A DNA stretch of 64,000 nt from Camelus ferus. Its lineage: Eukaryota. The notes beneath the pieces were generated by a model. That model was not told the DNA's origin. It searched no databases and saw nothing but the letters and a program-made list of their open reading frames with translations. The DNA lies in the NCBI RefSeq assembly GCF_009834535.1, contig NC_045697.1:30258001-30322000 (forward strand), written 5' to 3'. Below are positions 36,237-50,479 of this stretch, piece after piece (position 1 is the stretch's first letter; each line of letters starts with the position of its first letter). A program made the position numbers and the translations under genes.

Positions 36237-39200
36237 ATTGTTATGGGAAAATAGATTGTTCAACCTGTATTCATGTAGTACTTTTTTGGACTCCAAAAGT
36301 TATATACTCTACATCAGTGGGATGGTGTGGGATGGTGTGAACAAGAGAGGCCCAGAACCAAAAGCAGGTGTTTACATTTGCTGCAGGTGGAAAGAGTTTC
36401 TGTGTGACAAAAAAGAATTCTCAAGAACAGCCATGGCTATTTAAGTTAAGCCACCAACTGAACTGCATTAGCAGGAAATACCACCCCCATTATTGCCAGA
36501 AGGACCCCAGAAGAGACAGACTTTAAAATATGGCCTTAAATTTACAAATTTAATGAAACTATCAAATGTACTTCCTCATATGACACAATTCATAATTTCA
36601 GTTACAAAAGTTAAGACTTCAAGCAACTTGAGAGAACATATCATAGAACAATATAACTTTTTTTGGTCTCTTCTACTAAAATGCTTGCTCCCTGAAAATA
36701 GGGCCTTCAATTGCACGTACCGCCAGCATGTAGTAGGTGCTAGATCAAACCTGTTTAGCAGAAAAGCAGCTCATACTCCCTTAGACTCTGTGGAGAGAAA
36801 GGAGGTGTGTATTACGTACCTTCTGTTATCCATATTGACCATACCTTTGCAGCAGACTCTTATCAGCGAGTATTTTCCGGAGGTAAAAATATTCCCCTAT
36901 AGTCTCCACACCTCTCCACTTCCAGGGAAACGCATGCTAACCTACAAGCCATACTTCAGTTAGGTCTTGCTTGTTCCGCACATCACTTGTCCCTTTAGGA
37001 TTTCCTGTTTTCCGCAATGAACAAAGAGGTTATTTATACACAAAAGAACCTGACTTGGGGCATTGTTAGATTTCTCCCTAAAGTCAGCAGAAGGTATGTT
37101 CTGTTTCACGATGTGACAGGATATAAAGAAATGTTTTAACTTCAAAAATGATTCGAGCAAAGTGTAAGGCTCTAGAAACCACTATGAATCTCTGAGATCC
37201 TTCCTGTATTTGAAGCAGGTAGTACTTCAAAGACACATCTTAGACTTCTCAGAGGGAATCGTTTCAATCTAAACTGGCAATTTATTTGTAAGTCTGCTAT
37301 CCTCCTCCTGCTTTGCATAATTAATATTGTAAATAATATTAATAATGTTCTTTGATATTGGAGTTGGAGATGAAAGTTTCATATTTAATGTATTCCACAA
37401 ATAATTTGATAGTTGATTCTGTAAATGTCATTTTTAATGTACTTATAACTCTTTCCTCAAAAACGGCTCTGGCAATAAGCCACACTACGCAGTAAATGCT
37501 TTATTTGTTTTCTTGGATTAAATAATGCAACATAATTGCCTTCAGCTTTGTTTGGGTTTTACTTGAGGTGACTCACTTTGCCAGCACTGAATTTTAAAAA
37601 TAAAGAGTAAATTCTGATTACCTTTCATTTTCTCAGCCTATTTGAAAATGAAAAAATAAATATGAACTTAAAATAAGAATATGAAGTACCTCTAACTAGT
37701 CTATTACAACCTAGCTTCCAGAGGATAGACAACTGTATTTATTTTACAGGGCAGCGTAACCAAGTATTACAACCTACGTGGCTTAAAACAACAGAAACTT
37801 ATAGTCTCCTGGTTCTGGAAGCTAGCAGTCTGAAGCCACAGCAGGTCCCTGAATGTGGTTCAGCAAAACCCCAAGGAGAGGCAGTGTCATGTCAGTCAAG
37901 GCACAGCTAGAAGAGCTGAGGCTTAGGCAGCAGGGGGGGGCACCCTTCTCCTGTCTGTTCCTGACCGTGTCATCATCTACAGGTATTTGGAAGAAAGAAA
38001 AATCTGGTACATGTGGGTTTCCTGACTGCGATGTACTGAATTGTGTCCCTCACCTTAAATCCACAGGTTGAAGCCCTAACCCCCATGGTAGTATTTGGAG
38101 ATGGGACCATTGGGAGGTAATTAGGTTTAGACGAAGTCCTGAGATCTCTTAATCTTTCAGGTATGCTTCTCTGCAATTAAGTTCCACATCCAAGAATCAA
38201 ACCACTAATCTCTAAGCAATAATACATGCTTTCCTCAGGAATGTGGTTCTTTTTGGTAATGATACAAATACACACAATGTTTTAGCTAATACATACCAGA
38301 ATATCTGTACTATTACTGAAAAGAACCATTTTACTGAGGAACAGCATTATTGCTTCCAAAGGGCAAAAATCGCACCAGAAGTCATCATAATTCAAACAAT
38401 ACTCTGAAGCACATCCAATTCATGTGTAATAATTTCCTTAAAGATTTGTTACATTACAGTTTAGACTTCGATGTGTTGTATAGGGTAAGACACATCCACT
38501 TCATTTTTTTAAAAAGGAGGTGTTGGAAGAAAAATTAAGTTAGAGCTACATCACTAACACGTGACAAAGGATGACTGCTGTTAACAGTCAACGCTCTTTC
38601 ACAAACAGTTTTGGGTCATTCACACTAAGCACACGTCCCAGGGTGATTCACTTTTCATTAGTGCAACTGATGTAAGGCTTATGACTGGATGTTATAAAGT
38701 CTAAGAATTGACAACTGAACCTAACAGAAGTGTGGAGTGATAAATTTTTCACAAACACTTTGAAATATTGAAAAGTAGCAAATTTGCCTTTATTTCTCTT
38801 CTCCAATACATTTAACAATGGTTTTACGGTAGTGTACAGGTATGCTATTAATGCTGTTTAACATTGATGATGTCTTTTTAGGTATCAGTTGATGTATTTA
38901 CATATATGACATGTGTAAATACATATATATATTCATAAACACATACATGTATATGTGTATGCATGTGTGTAAACACAGATTTGTATGCACACATATTTAT
39001 GGCCATTTGTGTCCTTTGAAGAGCCTGAATTGTGCACACAAGTTCCTGAACTCTTTGGACTGTAATATAATTATAGAGTCCCACGTAACTGGTGAGTGCA
39101 GAAAAAGAGCATCTGGTAATACATTGATATTGCAACTATGTTTTAAGAATATGTGCCCCCCACGGAGTCAGGGAGCACTGATGGTTGGCAAGCCCTCCTT

Positions 39201-40977
39201 AACAGTGAGCGCTGTTAAGATCACTGTCAGATCACATCGTGAGACTAAAGGCTTGACCAACCATGCTTCTCTTGGTCAGAGTTTCCCCATTTGTGAAAGG
39301 AGAGGGATTTTTATGCCAGAAGATATTCCAGGACTCTTTCATCTCTAACGTCCTGTGAACTTTAAACATTATTAATTATTGATACTTTTCATGAAGGCAA
39401 GTAGTTGAATCCTAACTGCATTCCCTTTCTGTGTTAGTGTGTTTCAGCCTTCTGAGATTTTTTTTATTAACAAGAAATAAATTGAAGTATATTGGACTCT
39501 CTTTTTCCTGACATGGGGGAATGCAGCTGGCGGAGTAATCTGTGTCCCTTTGGGGGACTTACATAAACTATTTCACATTGTTGGGCTGCTTCTGAAGACA
39601 TGAGGCATCCAAAAGAGATAGTACTAAAATCTAGCCAAAGACCAGACTGAGACAAATTTCCGTGGAACCTGCAAAATGAGACACACAGCGTTGTAATATT
39701 AAGATTTTTAAACCTACTATAATGGCTATGAATGATTTTCTTATTATCCAGTTGTATCTACATTGAAGTTTAGGGTTCCTGAGAGGTTTAGGGTTTAGGG
39801 TTCTGCTCTGTGGCAGGTGTTAGGAATACAAGTACATCTAAAATAGGGACCCACCAACATGAATTAACCACAAAGCACTCCTGGGTTAAGCGAACACACT
39901 GATCTGCTGTGTAACTTCAAACACTTAAAAATTAGAGAACCACTAGTTTAGATTTTTAAATTTTTTCTCCACAGTTAATGATCTCTTCGTGTGGCTGATA
40001 CTGATTCATGACACTAAAATAATTTCATCAGTGTCTACAAGGATACTCCTATTTACTATTTCAAGTAAGAAGGTAAATGTTTCTTTCCTTTTATCCAAAA
40101 GCAATACCGAACTATTAACATATACACCAAAGGAAGTGGTATTAAGACACACTATTTATAACCACAATTAAAATAAGGTGGTCTGTCAAGAGGCCATTCC
40201 CTGCCCACCCTAGTTCTGTAGATGACATTAAAAGGTAGATTTGGCAGGAATATTAATAAAGAAAACCATGTCAAGTTCACACACTCTTGGGCCAGCTGGC
40301 TCCTGCTCACCAAATCAAAGGCTGATGAAAGGTTAATAAAAGTTGGGCAAAAGTTTTAATTTGCTTTGATATATTTCTTCATGAGTAAAAGAGGATATAA
40401 CTAAATACTAAATAGTAAATAATTATACCTAAAATCTACTTGCTTTTTCTGAAAGGTGTTGAACCTGCATTTTACAAAGAAGGATGCTGACCTCTAGCTC
40501 CAAGGGTCTATCTAGTAACTAATTGTCCGTTTTTAGGAGAATACATAGAGATCGTATTGTGTAGATATGTACTACCTCGCTCGGTAGTCACTAGTTACCT
40601 GTGGCTACTAAGAACTGTGACTAGTCCATTAATATTTCCATAATAATAAAATTAAAGCATTGTAAATCTATCATTTAAAATACAAATTGTTTTCTTTACT
40701 CATGGAGAGAAAATATGTAGATTAGATAGAAATAAGTATACAAATTATTCCTTTGGACTCTGAGCAAAAGGATAAATACACTTAAATACCATTTAGAACC
40801 AAAAACTGACTTTTTCACGTTTCTAACAAGCCTACAAATTCCATTCTGTGATACTCATTTTATTATTATTATTACCATTATTTACTACTCACATTTTAAT
40901 TTTACTAAAATTCTGTCCTAAGTAAAGCACAGCTGGAGAGTACAATCTTGATCTATAGAGCTACTGGTCGGCTCCTC

Positions 40978-41470
40978 TGTGATAAATTTATAGATGAAAA
41001 GGATTTGGATTGGTAAGGTTAGCCGAAAACAATAAAGCAGCCAAATGGGTTTACCAGCAAAATGAGTTGATGTAGGAGCAGCAAAGAATTGCAGTGTGGG
41101 ACACACAACTGTGGTGAACCACACGCAAGTCCTGTAAAACAAAGAAGAGAAAACAGAGAGGAGAGGGGGAAGTTGGGAGGAGTGTTATAAACAAGAAAGT
41201 CCACAGGAGGAAACTGGGAGTTTGAGGTACAGTGGCTTCTCATTGACTGAGTTCTGAGAATTTCTCATTGGCTGACCTATTGTCAGGCAAGGAGAACATC
41301 TTTCTTCCTCTGGCTCATGGTGGTAAAATAGTGTCACTTTCTGCTGGAGATGCAAAGTACACCTCTTCCTATTGGGGTCTGTATTGACTCTGAGTGGTGT
41401 GTGCATGACAGCTCCCCCTTCTGGCCTCCTGACTCCATTTTAGTGAGGTTTCCCTTTATTGATTTTCACA
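40978..41470 (-). mobile_element. Solo ERV LTR (family not assigned)
   Basis: TGTGA...TCACA termini, ~490 bp; minus strand starts TGTGAAAATCAATAAAGGGAAACCTCACTAAAATGGAGTC and carries CCAAT boxes. Confidence 0.7.
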
Positions 41471-42394
41471 GTAATAAGGAAGCATCAAGTTTATTGCCTC
41501 GTATTTTCCTTGTCTCTTTTGGCTACTGGAAAATTTGATCTATTTGGATGTTGTGTTTCAATACTTAGGGTAAAGTTTATGGTAAGTTATTCTGTCAGAG
41601 TGAATTTAGGTGCTTGAAATGGAAGAAAATTGAGATAGGGTAATTACTACACATCAGAACAGAGAACTCCCAGACATCCTGGTGAAGAGTAACTGGATAC
41701 TTTACACTTTTAAGCAGAAGTGCTTAACATGTTCATTTAATCTTGCAAGAACACTATTCATGGTCAATAATTAGAGGTAGAGGGATAACTATTTGTCAGC
41801 TTTAACACATAGATTCTAAAGCTTCTGGGATCCAGCTACGGTAAGGAACAGATGATGTTAAACAATTCCCTTGAATTGACTGTGATAAAAATGTGAGCTT
41901 CAAATGTTGGAGGAAGTAACCTGATATTTGACTTTCAAGCAGTGGGCATTACAGTCCCACCCAGGTCCATCTTCTACCTATGTTGAAATGTATAAGAAGA
42001 TGGAAGAGAGTGGTAGATATCTTCATTTTCTGAAGCCCTGGAACACATGTCTGGTGTATGTGTATGTATATATATGTATATTCTATCTGTAGTAGCTAAG
42101 TGATATATTTTCAAAGTAAAACTATGACATATAAATGTATAATATTTATATGAAATTATATTATGCATAAAATAAACACATGTCAAAGATTTTATGTAGC
42201 TCATTAAATAATGAGAGAACTGGGAGATGTGTTAAAATTGGTTCAAAGGAGAAATCAAAGAAATACAAGTTTATATGGAGTAAAGAGAAGTTGAAATGAA
42301 TTTACAAGTGGAAGCAAAACTGGATTTTTCTACAAGAATGGGTGGGTAGAGAAGTCAATTCCACCTCCACCAGATAGAAATTTTTTGTAGGTGT

Positions 42395-43125
42395 GAAAGA
42401 CAGAAAAGTGCTTGCCTCCCCCGACATCCAAGATGTCCACTCTCTGATCCTCAGAACCTGTAAATATGTTAGGTTACATGGCAAAGGGGAATTAAGTTCG
42501 CAGACGGAATTAAGATTGCTAATCAGCTGACCTTAGTACAGAGAGAGTATCCTGGATTATTCAGGTGAGCCCAATGTAATCACAAGGGTCCTTAAAAGTG
42601 GAAGAGGGTAAGCAAAATAGAGTCTGAGGACCTTGTGACCACAGAAGGGTAGTCAGAAAGAAGCAACATTGCTGGCTTTTTTTTTAATTTTAATTTTCTG
42701 ATTTACAATGTTGTATTAGTTTCTGGTATACAACATAGTGATTCAGATATATATATATGAATATAAATATACCATATTTATATACACACACACACATTCT
42801 TTTTCATTACAGATTATGACAAGCCATTGAATATAACTCCCTGTGCTATATGATAAGATCTTGTTGCAACATTTCTGGCTTTGAAAATGGGAAAAAGAGT
42901 CCAAGAAGCCAGGAATGGAGTGCCCTCTAAATGCTGGAAAAGGCAAGAAAATGAATTTCCCCCTACAGCCTTAAGAAAGGAATAGAGCCCTACAGATACC
43001 TTGATTTTAGCCCCAGGAGACCTACGTAGGACTTCTGAACTCCAGAACTTTAAGGTCGTAAATTTGTGTTGTTTTAAGGCACCAAATTAGTTGTAATTTC
43101 TTAAAGCAGCAATAGGAAACTAAAA
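42395..43125 (+). mobile_element. MaLR LTR (MLT1D-like) interrupted by a minus-strand L1 3' fragment at ~42678-42865
   Basis: AGAACCTGTAAATATGTTAGGTTACATGGCAAAGGGGAATT start and GCAGCAATAGGAAACTAA end; insertion flanked by duplicated GCAACATT(G/T)CTGGCTTT. Confidence 0.85.
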
Positions 43126-43216
43126 GAATAAACATGGCTGATTGCATTGCTATTAGTTATCTACAACTTTCAGAGTTTAAAAACAGCCTAGTCAAAGACG
43201 AAGGAGCGCACGCGCA

Positions 43217-43217
<1 letters not shown>

Positions 43218-43261
<44 letters not shown>
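43218..43261. repeat. (AC)n microsatellite
   Basis: Perfect AC run of ~44 bp. Confidence 0.97.
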
Positions 43262-43262
<1 letters not shown>

Positions 43263-44287
43263 ACCCCATATTCATGCTCTATCTGCAGAGCTTCTGGAGC
43301 TTACCTTGGGATAGCCAGTAAAAGTAGAAATGTATTCCTAATGAGATGAATGACACAGCACTTAGCAACTGCAAAAATGCCCTGTCCAACTACAGGATCA
43401 TTAATCACTGATGGAAGCAGAAATGAGCAAATTGATGACTTGATGGTTCAGTAGAATCCCCCTTGAAAACTGGGGAGAGCCAAATCATCAATAACTCTGG
43501 AATCAATTCTTGCTCCATCAGCCAATTTCTAGCCAAAAGGAGTAATGGCCTCTTGGTAGCCAACTGCTTCAGCTACAGGGTTTGTGTCACAGCAGAATTT
43601 TCTTTCCTTCAATTAAAATAAGCTGAGTAACACTTAGGACTTGACCCTCATCCCATGGAAACTCTTATCAAGTAGAAAGTGATTGACAGGCATTGGGGAA
43701 AAAAAAGTAAAAATATAAAAAGCACCAGATAAAAAATGATGATTGAAGTGGAATTATACTGTTTTTGCTTTCCTGGCGACGATACCTCATTCTTTTCATA
43801 GCAATACAGAGCGTCAGATGAGGTTGATCCAACACAAATTCTTCCGACTATTCCATTTAAACAGTGTGGGTGAATGACCCAAGCCTGGACCTTCTGTCTC
43901 AATGATTGGTTTAAGAATTCATGGGCCCAGATTTGACCCACTGGGAATCAAGCTTGGATCATTATTTGAAATATCAGGCAAGAAGCACTTTTTACAGGCT
44001 GGTCTTATTAATCTGGTGGAATATGAACTGAAGTTAAGGGAGAATCAGCTTGATACTGAAGTCAACTCAGAAGGAAGCAGAAACCAGAACAGAGATTCCT
44101 TTGATATCATTTGTACTTTATGTCCAGCCATGCCTGTTATAAGATCATTTACCTCTGGCCTTTTGAAATTCATCAATTATTTTGTCCTTTTCCCCCCATA
44201 AATCTATTTGGGCTTAATTTCTGTTACTTGCAATCAAGAGAATCCTGATTAAGACAACCATGTAGATTTGGGGAGTTATCTCACAAC

Positions 44288-44625
44288 TGTTAAAAGATAA
44301 ACTAAGGCATATTAAAAATTAAAGAGTTTATTTGAGCAAAAGTCGATTCTAATCAGGCGCTGCCAAACCAAAAGTAGTTAGAAGTGATCCACTGACAGGA
44401 GCTAGGGGAAAGACTTTCATAGAGAAAAGGCAGAAGTAAAGCACTAGAATTATTTGATTGGCCATAGCTTAATTGGAAAAGACTACTTGGCTGTTTGTAA
44501 TTGGTTGTCCTTAAGTTTTGATTTCTTAACCCTGAGGTATTAACAGGCTTAGGTTTTGGTTTGCTTAGTAGGCTAATAAGGTGTTAGAACCATCTTGGGT
44601 TAATGGCCTCCTTGTTTAATTAACA
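44288..44625 (-). mobile_element. Solo ERV LTR (family not assigned)
   Basis: TGTTAA...TTAACA inverted termini; minus-strand CCAAT boxes and AATAAA near the 3' end. Confidence 0.7.
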
Positions 44626-45599
44626 CTACCAAACAGACCGATCAAAGAAGTAAAGAAATATACTAAGGGAAAAAAGACAAATTCCAAGTGTTAAAAAACA
44701 AAAACAAAAAAGAAGGGCATTAAATATCATTCAAACGTTAAACGTAACACAAATCACAAAGCTATTCACAATACTTCTCACAGAAGAACAATGATACACG
44801 TCATGGCATTTAATAGTTAACACCAACCATGAAAGCTCTTACAGAACCAAATGTCTTGGCAAAGTGGCTTCAACTTCTCTCAGTACATTTTATGCCATCC
44901 CTGAATTGCCTGAGACACTGTCCTGGGATCCACATTGGTATCTATAGTTTTGTTTGAAGTCTGGGGGATTGACATAGAAATGGAGAAAATACTGTCTGCC
45001 TTTGACAGAAATTAAAGAATAGAAAAAGAAAAGCTACTGTCACTAAAAGTGAGCGCAATTTGTAAGAATAACTACAGTACAAATCTGATAGGTAGTTATC
45101 CCCTCATTTTTATCCATTCAAAATAAATTATTTCTTCTTTGAAATCTTTCTAAAACCTCCATTGAAGGCCTACGTCTGTGGTCCTTTTTAGTTCATCTTC
45201 AGCACATCTGAGAATGCAGAAGAAGCAAAGAGAATGAAATCAAAATAACTCAATTGTTAGAATAATAGGATTAAGTCGATTCAGTCAGCAAAACAAAGTC
45301 AACCTATTAAAAAGAGTTTTAATGGGGGGTATCATTTTTCATAAATCAGCAAGCTTTGGAAAGCAACCTGGTTTGTGCCCCCTTTTCATTTATCTTAATT
45401 TAGCAGCTTCACGGAGCCAGGCCTGGCAGTTTCTAGTTCAGTTTGGGGTCTAAGGTTGTGGGATAGATGGTTCCTCTATCCTTTCCCCATATATCCACTT
45501 ATTATTTTTATCCAGCTTTGAAAGGGAAAGGAAAATTTTCAACTCATAACAAAGGACTAGTATCGAAACATAATTTTAACATTTAAACATAAGCTTTTA

Positions 45600-46560
45600 A
45601 AACTGCAACAAACAAATGATAATGGATAATAATAAAAGACAAACACAATAGAAAGAGGGGCAAACGAAGAGAAAACCTGAACGTCCAATAAAGTTGTGAA
45701 AAGAGGCTCAACCACATTGCTACTTAGGAAAATGCAAATTAAAATGATGATGTGTCAGGAGAGGGTATAGCTCAGCGGTACAGCATGTGCTTAGCATGCA
45801 TAAGGTCCTGGGTTCAAACCCCAGTACCTCCATTAAAAATAAATAAAAACCTAATTACCTCCTCCCCCCTAAAAGAAAAAATTTTAAATTAATAGATAAA
45901 TAAAATTTAAAACAATGATATGCCATTTCATACACTAAGATTGGTGAGAGCTAAAAATAACAAATGATGGCAGGGATTAGGGATAGTCTCATACACTAAG
46001 TGCAACCTCTCAAGGGAGTAAATTTGCTATTGTTTTAATGTGCCAGGTTGAAGATACCCTATGGCTTACCCACTCCACTTGTAAATATTTACTCTAGATA
46101 AACTCTCATGCAAAGCTGTTCACCGCAGAATTGATTTTAAATGTAAAAAACTAAATGTTCATCATTAAGATTAATTTTGGTAATTCATAAATAAAATACT
46201 ATAGGATATAGTACTTATCACTCGAATAAATGAACTAAGCTTAAGTGTACGTGGATACATCTTAAACACAATGTTCACTGAAAAAAAGTAGGTTCCAAGA
46301 GGATACATGAAATATGGTACCATCTATTAAAAAATGTAAAAGGATACAAAGCTATGCTGTATATGTTTATTCTCCGTGTACCTAAGTAGTAAATACATAC
46401 GTAATAAAACTATAAAAACATGAACAGGAAGAATATAGCAACTTCAGTGAGGAGCTGGCTCTGGATAGTTAGGATAGTGAGATGGGGAGGGGTTTCAACT
46501 GTACGTGTGTTATTTTATAAAAAAAGAAAAAATATAAAGTAAATATGGCAAAAGATTAAA
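45600..46560 (+). mobile_element. Old L1M fragment
   Basis: GGAAAATGCAAATTAAAA...GCCATTTCATAC..TAAGATTGG; A-rich degraded L1 3' sequence. Confidence 0.6.
45758..45910 (+). mobile_element. tRNA-derived SINE inserted in an old L1 fragment
   Basis: GGAGAGGGTATAGCTCAGCGGT...GGTTCAAACCCCAGTACCTCC plus AAACCTAATTACCTCC tail. Confidence 0.9.
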
Positions 46561-46889
46561 TTCTGTGATACATGTACCCCTCAGAGTACAAAAAGGTTTT
46601 CTAAAAGATGTACTAGCACTGAAAGTTTTAATGGAGTGGACCAAACCATAGCTTCCATGTATTTGTTTTCCTAAAAGTTATCTGTTTGAGAACTTGTCAC
46701 ACTGGTTCTTTCCAACCTCCTTTTCACATTTTGAAAGGCATCTTACTCAATCTTCGAAGTCTTAGTAGCTGTCAGATTTTCCAGGGCACTGAATAAAGGG
46801 GTAATTTGAAATAGCAGGTTAGATGCTGAGGAAAAAGTTGACTCTTAATAACTGTGTAAACAAGTCCTTTTGCAATCTGGGTGCCTTTA

Positions 46890-47410
46890 TGGGGGGGGTG
46901 GGGGTGGAAATCCTTTCCCTCTACCCTTCTAGGTTCATTGGCTGGAGCCCTGTGGATTAGACTGACAAAAAAAAGTAACAAGAGGAGAACAAAGCAAAGT
47001 TTATTAACATGTGCATGCTTTACACACATGGGAGTTACTTCAAAGGGGTGGTGAGAATTTGGGCTTATATACCATCTTAATGAAAGAGAAGTGACAAGAC
47101 AAAGGAAAAGGACTTGAGTTTCTAGGGTGGCAAATTGTGGGAAGACAAATACATAGGGGAGCTAATGGAAAATAAGAGCTAGTTAGTGAAGTTTGTTATG
47201 TAAAATTGCTTTGGTGTCCTCTCTGGGCTGGTAAGAGTAACCTTTGTCCTTCCCGGTAGAGAGAGAAGAGGGAAGAATTTTACAAATTTATGTCCTGTTT
47301 TTAGGCAAATGGGGGGAGGGCAGAGAGCTTTTCTTATATCTGCTGCTTCTCAATTGCCTTCAGCTTAAAAAAAAACCATTATGCAAAGTGGCAGATTTTG
47401 CTTCTGTTCA
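46890..47410 (-). mobile_element. ERV1-class LTR remnant
   Basis: Minus-strand TATATAAG and downstream AATAAA; LTR-like composition recognised by eye. Confidence 0.6.
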
Positions 47411-47569
47411 CTTTCAATTACTTGTTTTCAATACCACTGGAGGACCAACCTGAGTTGTCAGTTGATTGATTATTACATATAATACCTGATAATGAGTTAC
47501 TATATGATTTCTGGCATATTAAAACTCGGAAGAAATTACATTGCTACAACAAAATTCCTTTCAGTCTCT

Positions 47570-48420
47570 TTTAAACTTTTTAATATGGGAATTAAATGAA
47601 ATCAGAGACTAACAGAATGAATATTCATAGCTTTCACCTTGATTAAACAATTATTAACATTTTGCTACATTTGCTTTCGTTCTGTCTATCCATCTACCTA
47701 GATTTTTTTGTTGTTGAAACTTTTGAACAAAAGATGCAGACATCCTGAAACTTTACATGTAAATCACATACCCCTCAAAAAAAATTAACAATAACTACAT
47801 AATGTCATCTGATATCCATCCTATAATCAAATATATACAATTGTCCCCCAAATTTCTTTTATTGCTATTTCCAAATCTAGAATGTAGGCAATCAAACCAT
47901 GCACTTGGCTATTATGACTTTGTACATGCTTTTAATTTGAAATAACTGTGCCACCTCTTATGATTCTTACTTTTGGAAGGGTCTAGGCCAGCTATTTTGT
48001 AGAAGGTACTGCATTTTGACTTTTGTCCCATAGTGTTATTTAACTTGTTACTCTGTCTCTTCACATTCTCGGTAAACTGGAAGTTAGGTCTAGAAGGGCA
48101 TGATAAGATTCAGAGTAAATATTCTGCCAAGAATTTCTTATAGGGCTTATGGAGAATGTTGTGAATATTATGTCATATCAGGAGACAGAGGCAGGATAAC
48201 CCACCATACTCATGATGCTAAATTTGATTGCTTGATTAAGGTTTAATTGTTATGTTGCTCCATGGAAAAAGATTCACCTTTCATCTTTTTTTTTTTTTTT
48301 TAACTAACGACAAATCTCTGGAGTGATACTTTGGAACTGTCAATATTGTGCCCCCATAAACATTTCACTCAATGGTTTTAGCATCCACTGATGAGTCTTC
48401 CTATTATTAGTATTATTTTC
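47570..48420 (-). mobile_element. Old L1M (L1MC-like) fragment
   Basis: T-rich degraded L1 3' UTR, related to the fragment at 52600-53290 (shared GATACTTTG.. and CAATTGTCCC motifs). Confidence 0.55.
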
Positions 48421-48829
48421 TGGTCAGTTTTTAATGTATTTATTTTTTAATTGAATAGTTAATTTTTTTACGTTATAAATACAGTATATAAGACTACCCA
48501 CCAAAAGTTCTCCACTCTCTTCTACTTCTCATTAAGTTTCTCATGTTCCCTCTCTGAAACTTAAGACCTTTGATAAGAATATAAACTAATCAGGTTATAA
48601 TACAAAAGAGGAAAATAATTAATTCCCTAATAGAGTAGGAATATATTCAGGGATTTCAGTGAGGGATTTTTTTCTGATGGGAAAAGGAGAGATTAGTGAC
48701 AGCATCACTGGGCAGTAGGATTGAAAGGGTATTAAAGCTTAAGGAAAGTCCCAATACCTAAAGGAAATGGAGAGAAGGGCTGAGGGAATGTCATACTCAA
48801 AGGCACCAAGTGATACGCAGGAACCAGAG

Positions 48830-49700
48830 CATATTGGTTTGAAGGGTTGCTTGTTACATTCTTAAGAATTAGTGAGCTGGTTGTTATACACAATTATTAA
48901 AAATTTTAAGTATAAATTTTACAATAAGTTATACTAAAAATAGATAATATTAAAAACTCATTACTTCTTAGTTATTTTTACTATATCATGTACCATTATC
49001 AGTGTTAGGTATTTTATTTATTTCAATGGTATCAGCATGATGGAAATATTATATAATGGGGTGTAATGCACATCTCTTCCCAACTCCATGTTCAGTGACA
49101 TTATGTTGGTCGTTTGAAATAGGTCATGGTGGGAGCATTTACATCATGGAAATATCAGCAAACACCGCAAATCAGGGCTTGATTCACTGTTTTGTTGGTT
49201 GTCTAGACTTAAATGTGATGGAGAGAATGTTAACAATATAGATTAAACTTAAAAGTGTGTTATATCTGTAGCTGTTACACTGTGAATAGTATTAAAAATC
49301 TGAGTAAGGAGTCTTCCAGTATTCAGAATGAATATTCAGTTCAGCAAAGAAGCTGACCATATCACTGTTGAAAGAGTTAAGTTTCAATATACGTCTTAGT
49401 TGTTCACTTTCACCTTACTGCCCAAAACAAAAATATCAAGCGGCATTCAAGGCACAACACCAGTTCATTGACTGCAACCATATGTTGCTGTAAGAGTTCA
49501 GCCACAATCAACAGTATCCTGTGAGAATCAACTGGCTAAATGGATAACTGAATCGTTTGCTGTATACCTGAAACTAACATTGTAAATCAACTACACTTCA
49601 ATAAAAAATAAGAATAAAAAATTTAAAGAAAAAATTGGCTATATGGAATTTACAATAAGAGACATTTTCTATTTTAGTATCTCTGTAATAAGAGAACCCT
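48830..49700. mobile_element. hAT DNA transposon relic (MER63/Blackjack-like) with a short L1 tail at ~49535-49625
   Basis: GCACATCTCTTCCCAACTCC...GGTGGGAGCATTTACA...CAAATCAGGGCTT resembles the recalled MER63 consensus. Confidence 0.65.
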
Positions 49701-49727
49701 TTAAATCAGTAAAACATATATATATAT

Positions 49728-50132
49728 TGCTATGGACTGAACTGTGCCCCCCCAAAATTCATATGTTGAAGCCCTACCCACAATGTGACTCTATTTGAAA
49801 CTAGGATCTTTAGGAGGTAATTAAGGGTAAATGAGGTTGTAAGGGTGGAGCCCTAGTCCAACGGGACAGGGTGGCCTTATGAAAAAAGGAAGAGCTATTG
49901 GTCACTCTCTGCCCACCCCTTGCCCCATACATGCACTCACCTGGAAAAGGCCATATGAGCACACAGTGAAGCAGCAGCCACCTACCAGTCAAGAGAAGAC
50001 ACCTCAGAATGAAACTACCTGCCAACACCTTGATCTTGAATTTACCAGCCTCCAGAACTGTGAGAAATAAATTTCTGTTGTTTAAGCCACCCAGCCTATG
50101 ATATTTTGTATGGCAGTCCAAGTTTAGAGACA
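49728..50132 (+). mobile_element. MaLR LTR (MLT1A/B-like)
   Basis: TGCTATGGACTGAA...CCCCCAAAATTCATATGTTGAAG start; CCAGCCTCCAGAACTGTGAGAAATAAATTTCTGTTGTTTAAGCCACCC near the end. Confidence 0.88.
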
Positions 50133-50479
50133 CACAACATGCATATACACCTACTTACACATGCACTCCTGGTAGGTACACAAATAATTATAAGAAATGT
50201 TAGAGTGATAAGTGCTATAAATATATGGAGTAAATATGTGAAGAGTGCAGAAGACATGGCATTTTTCCTCAGGTAGGTCATCCAGGCTGAAGAGCCTGAG
50301 GACTTGAACTTGGGTAGTGGCCTTAGGAAAACAGAAGTTTACTGTGGCTTCAAGAGAGCACAATTTGGCTGGTCAGCTACCGCTGACTAGCACCTGGACT
50401 GCTCGTGGCTAGTGGTGGAAAACTACACATATGAGAAGTCAGAGTATTAAGAGTCACGATTTTCAAGTGGGGTACCAGC

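Noticed and set aside
39768..39802. Three TTTAGGG units resembling telomeric repeat
   Set aside because: Too short and interrupted to call an interstitial telomeric sequence.
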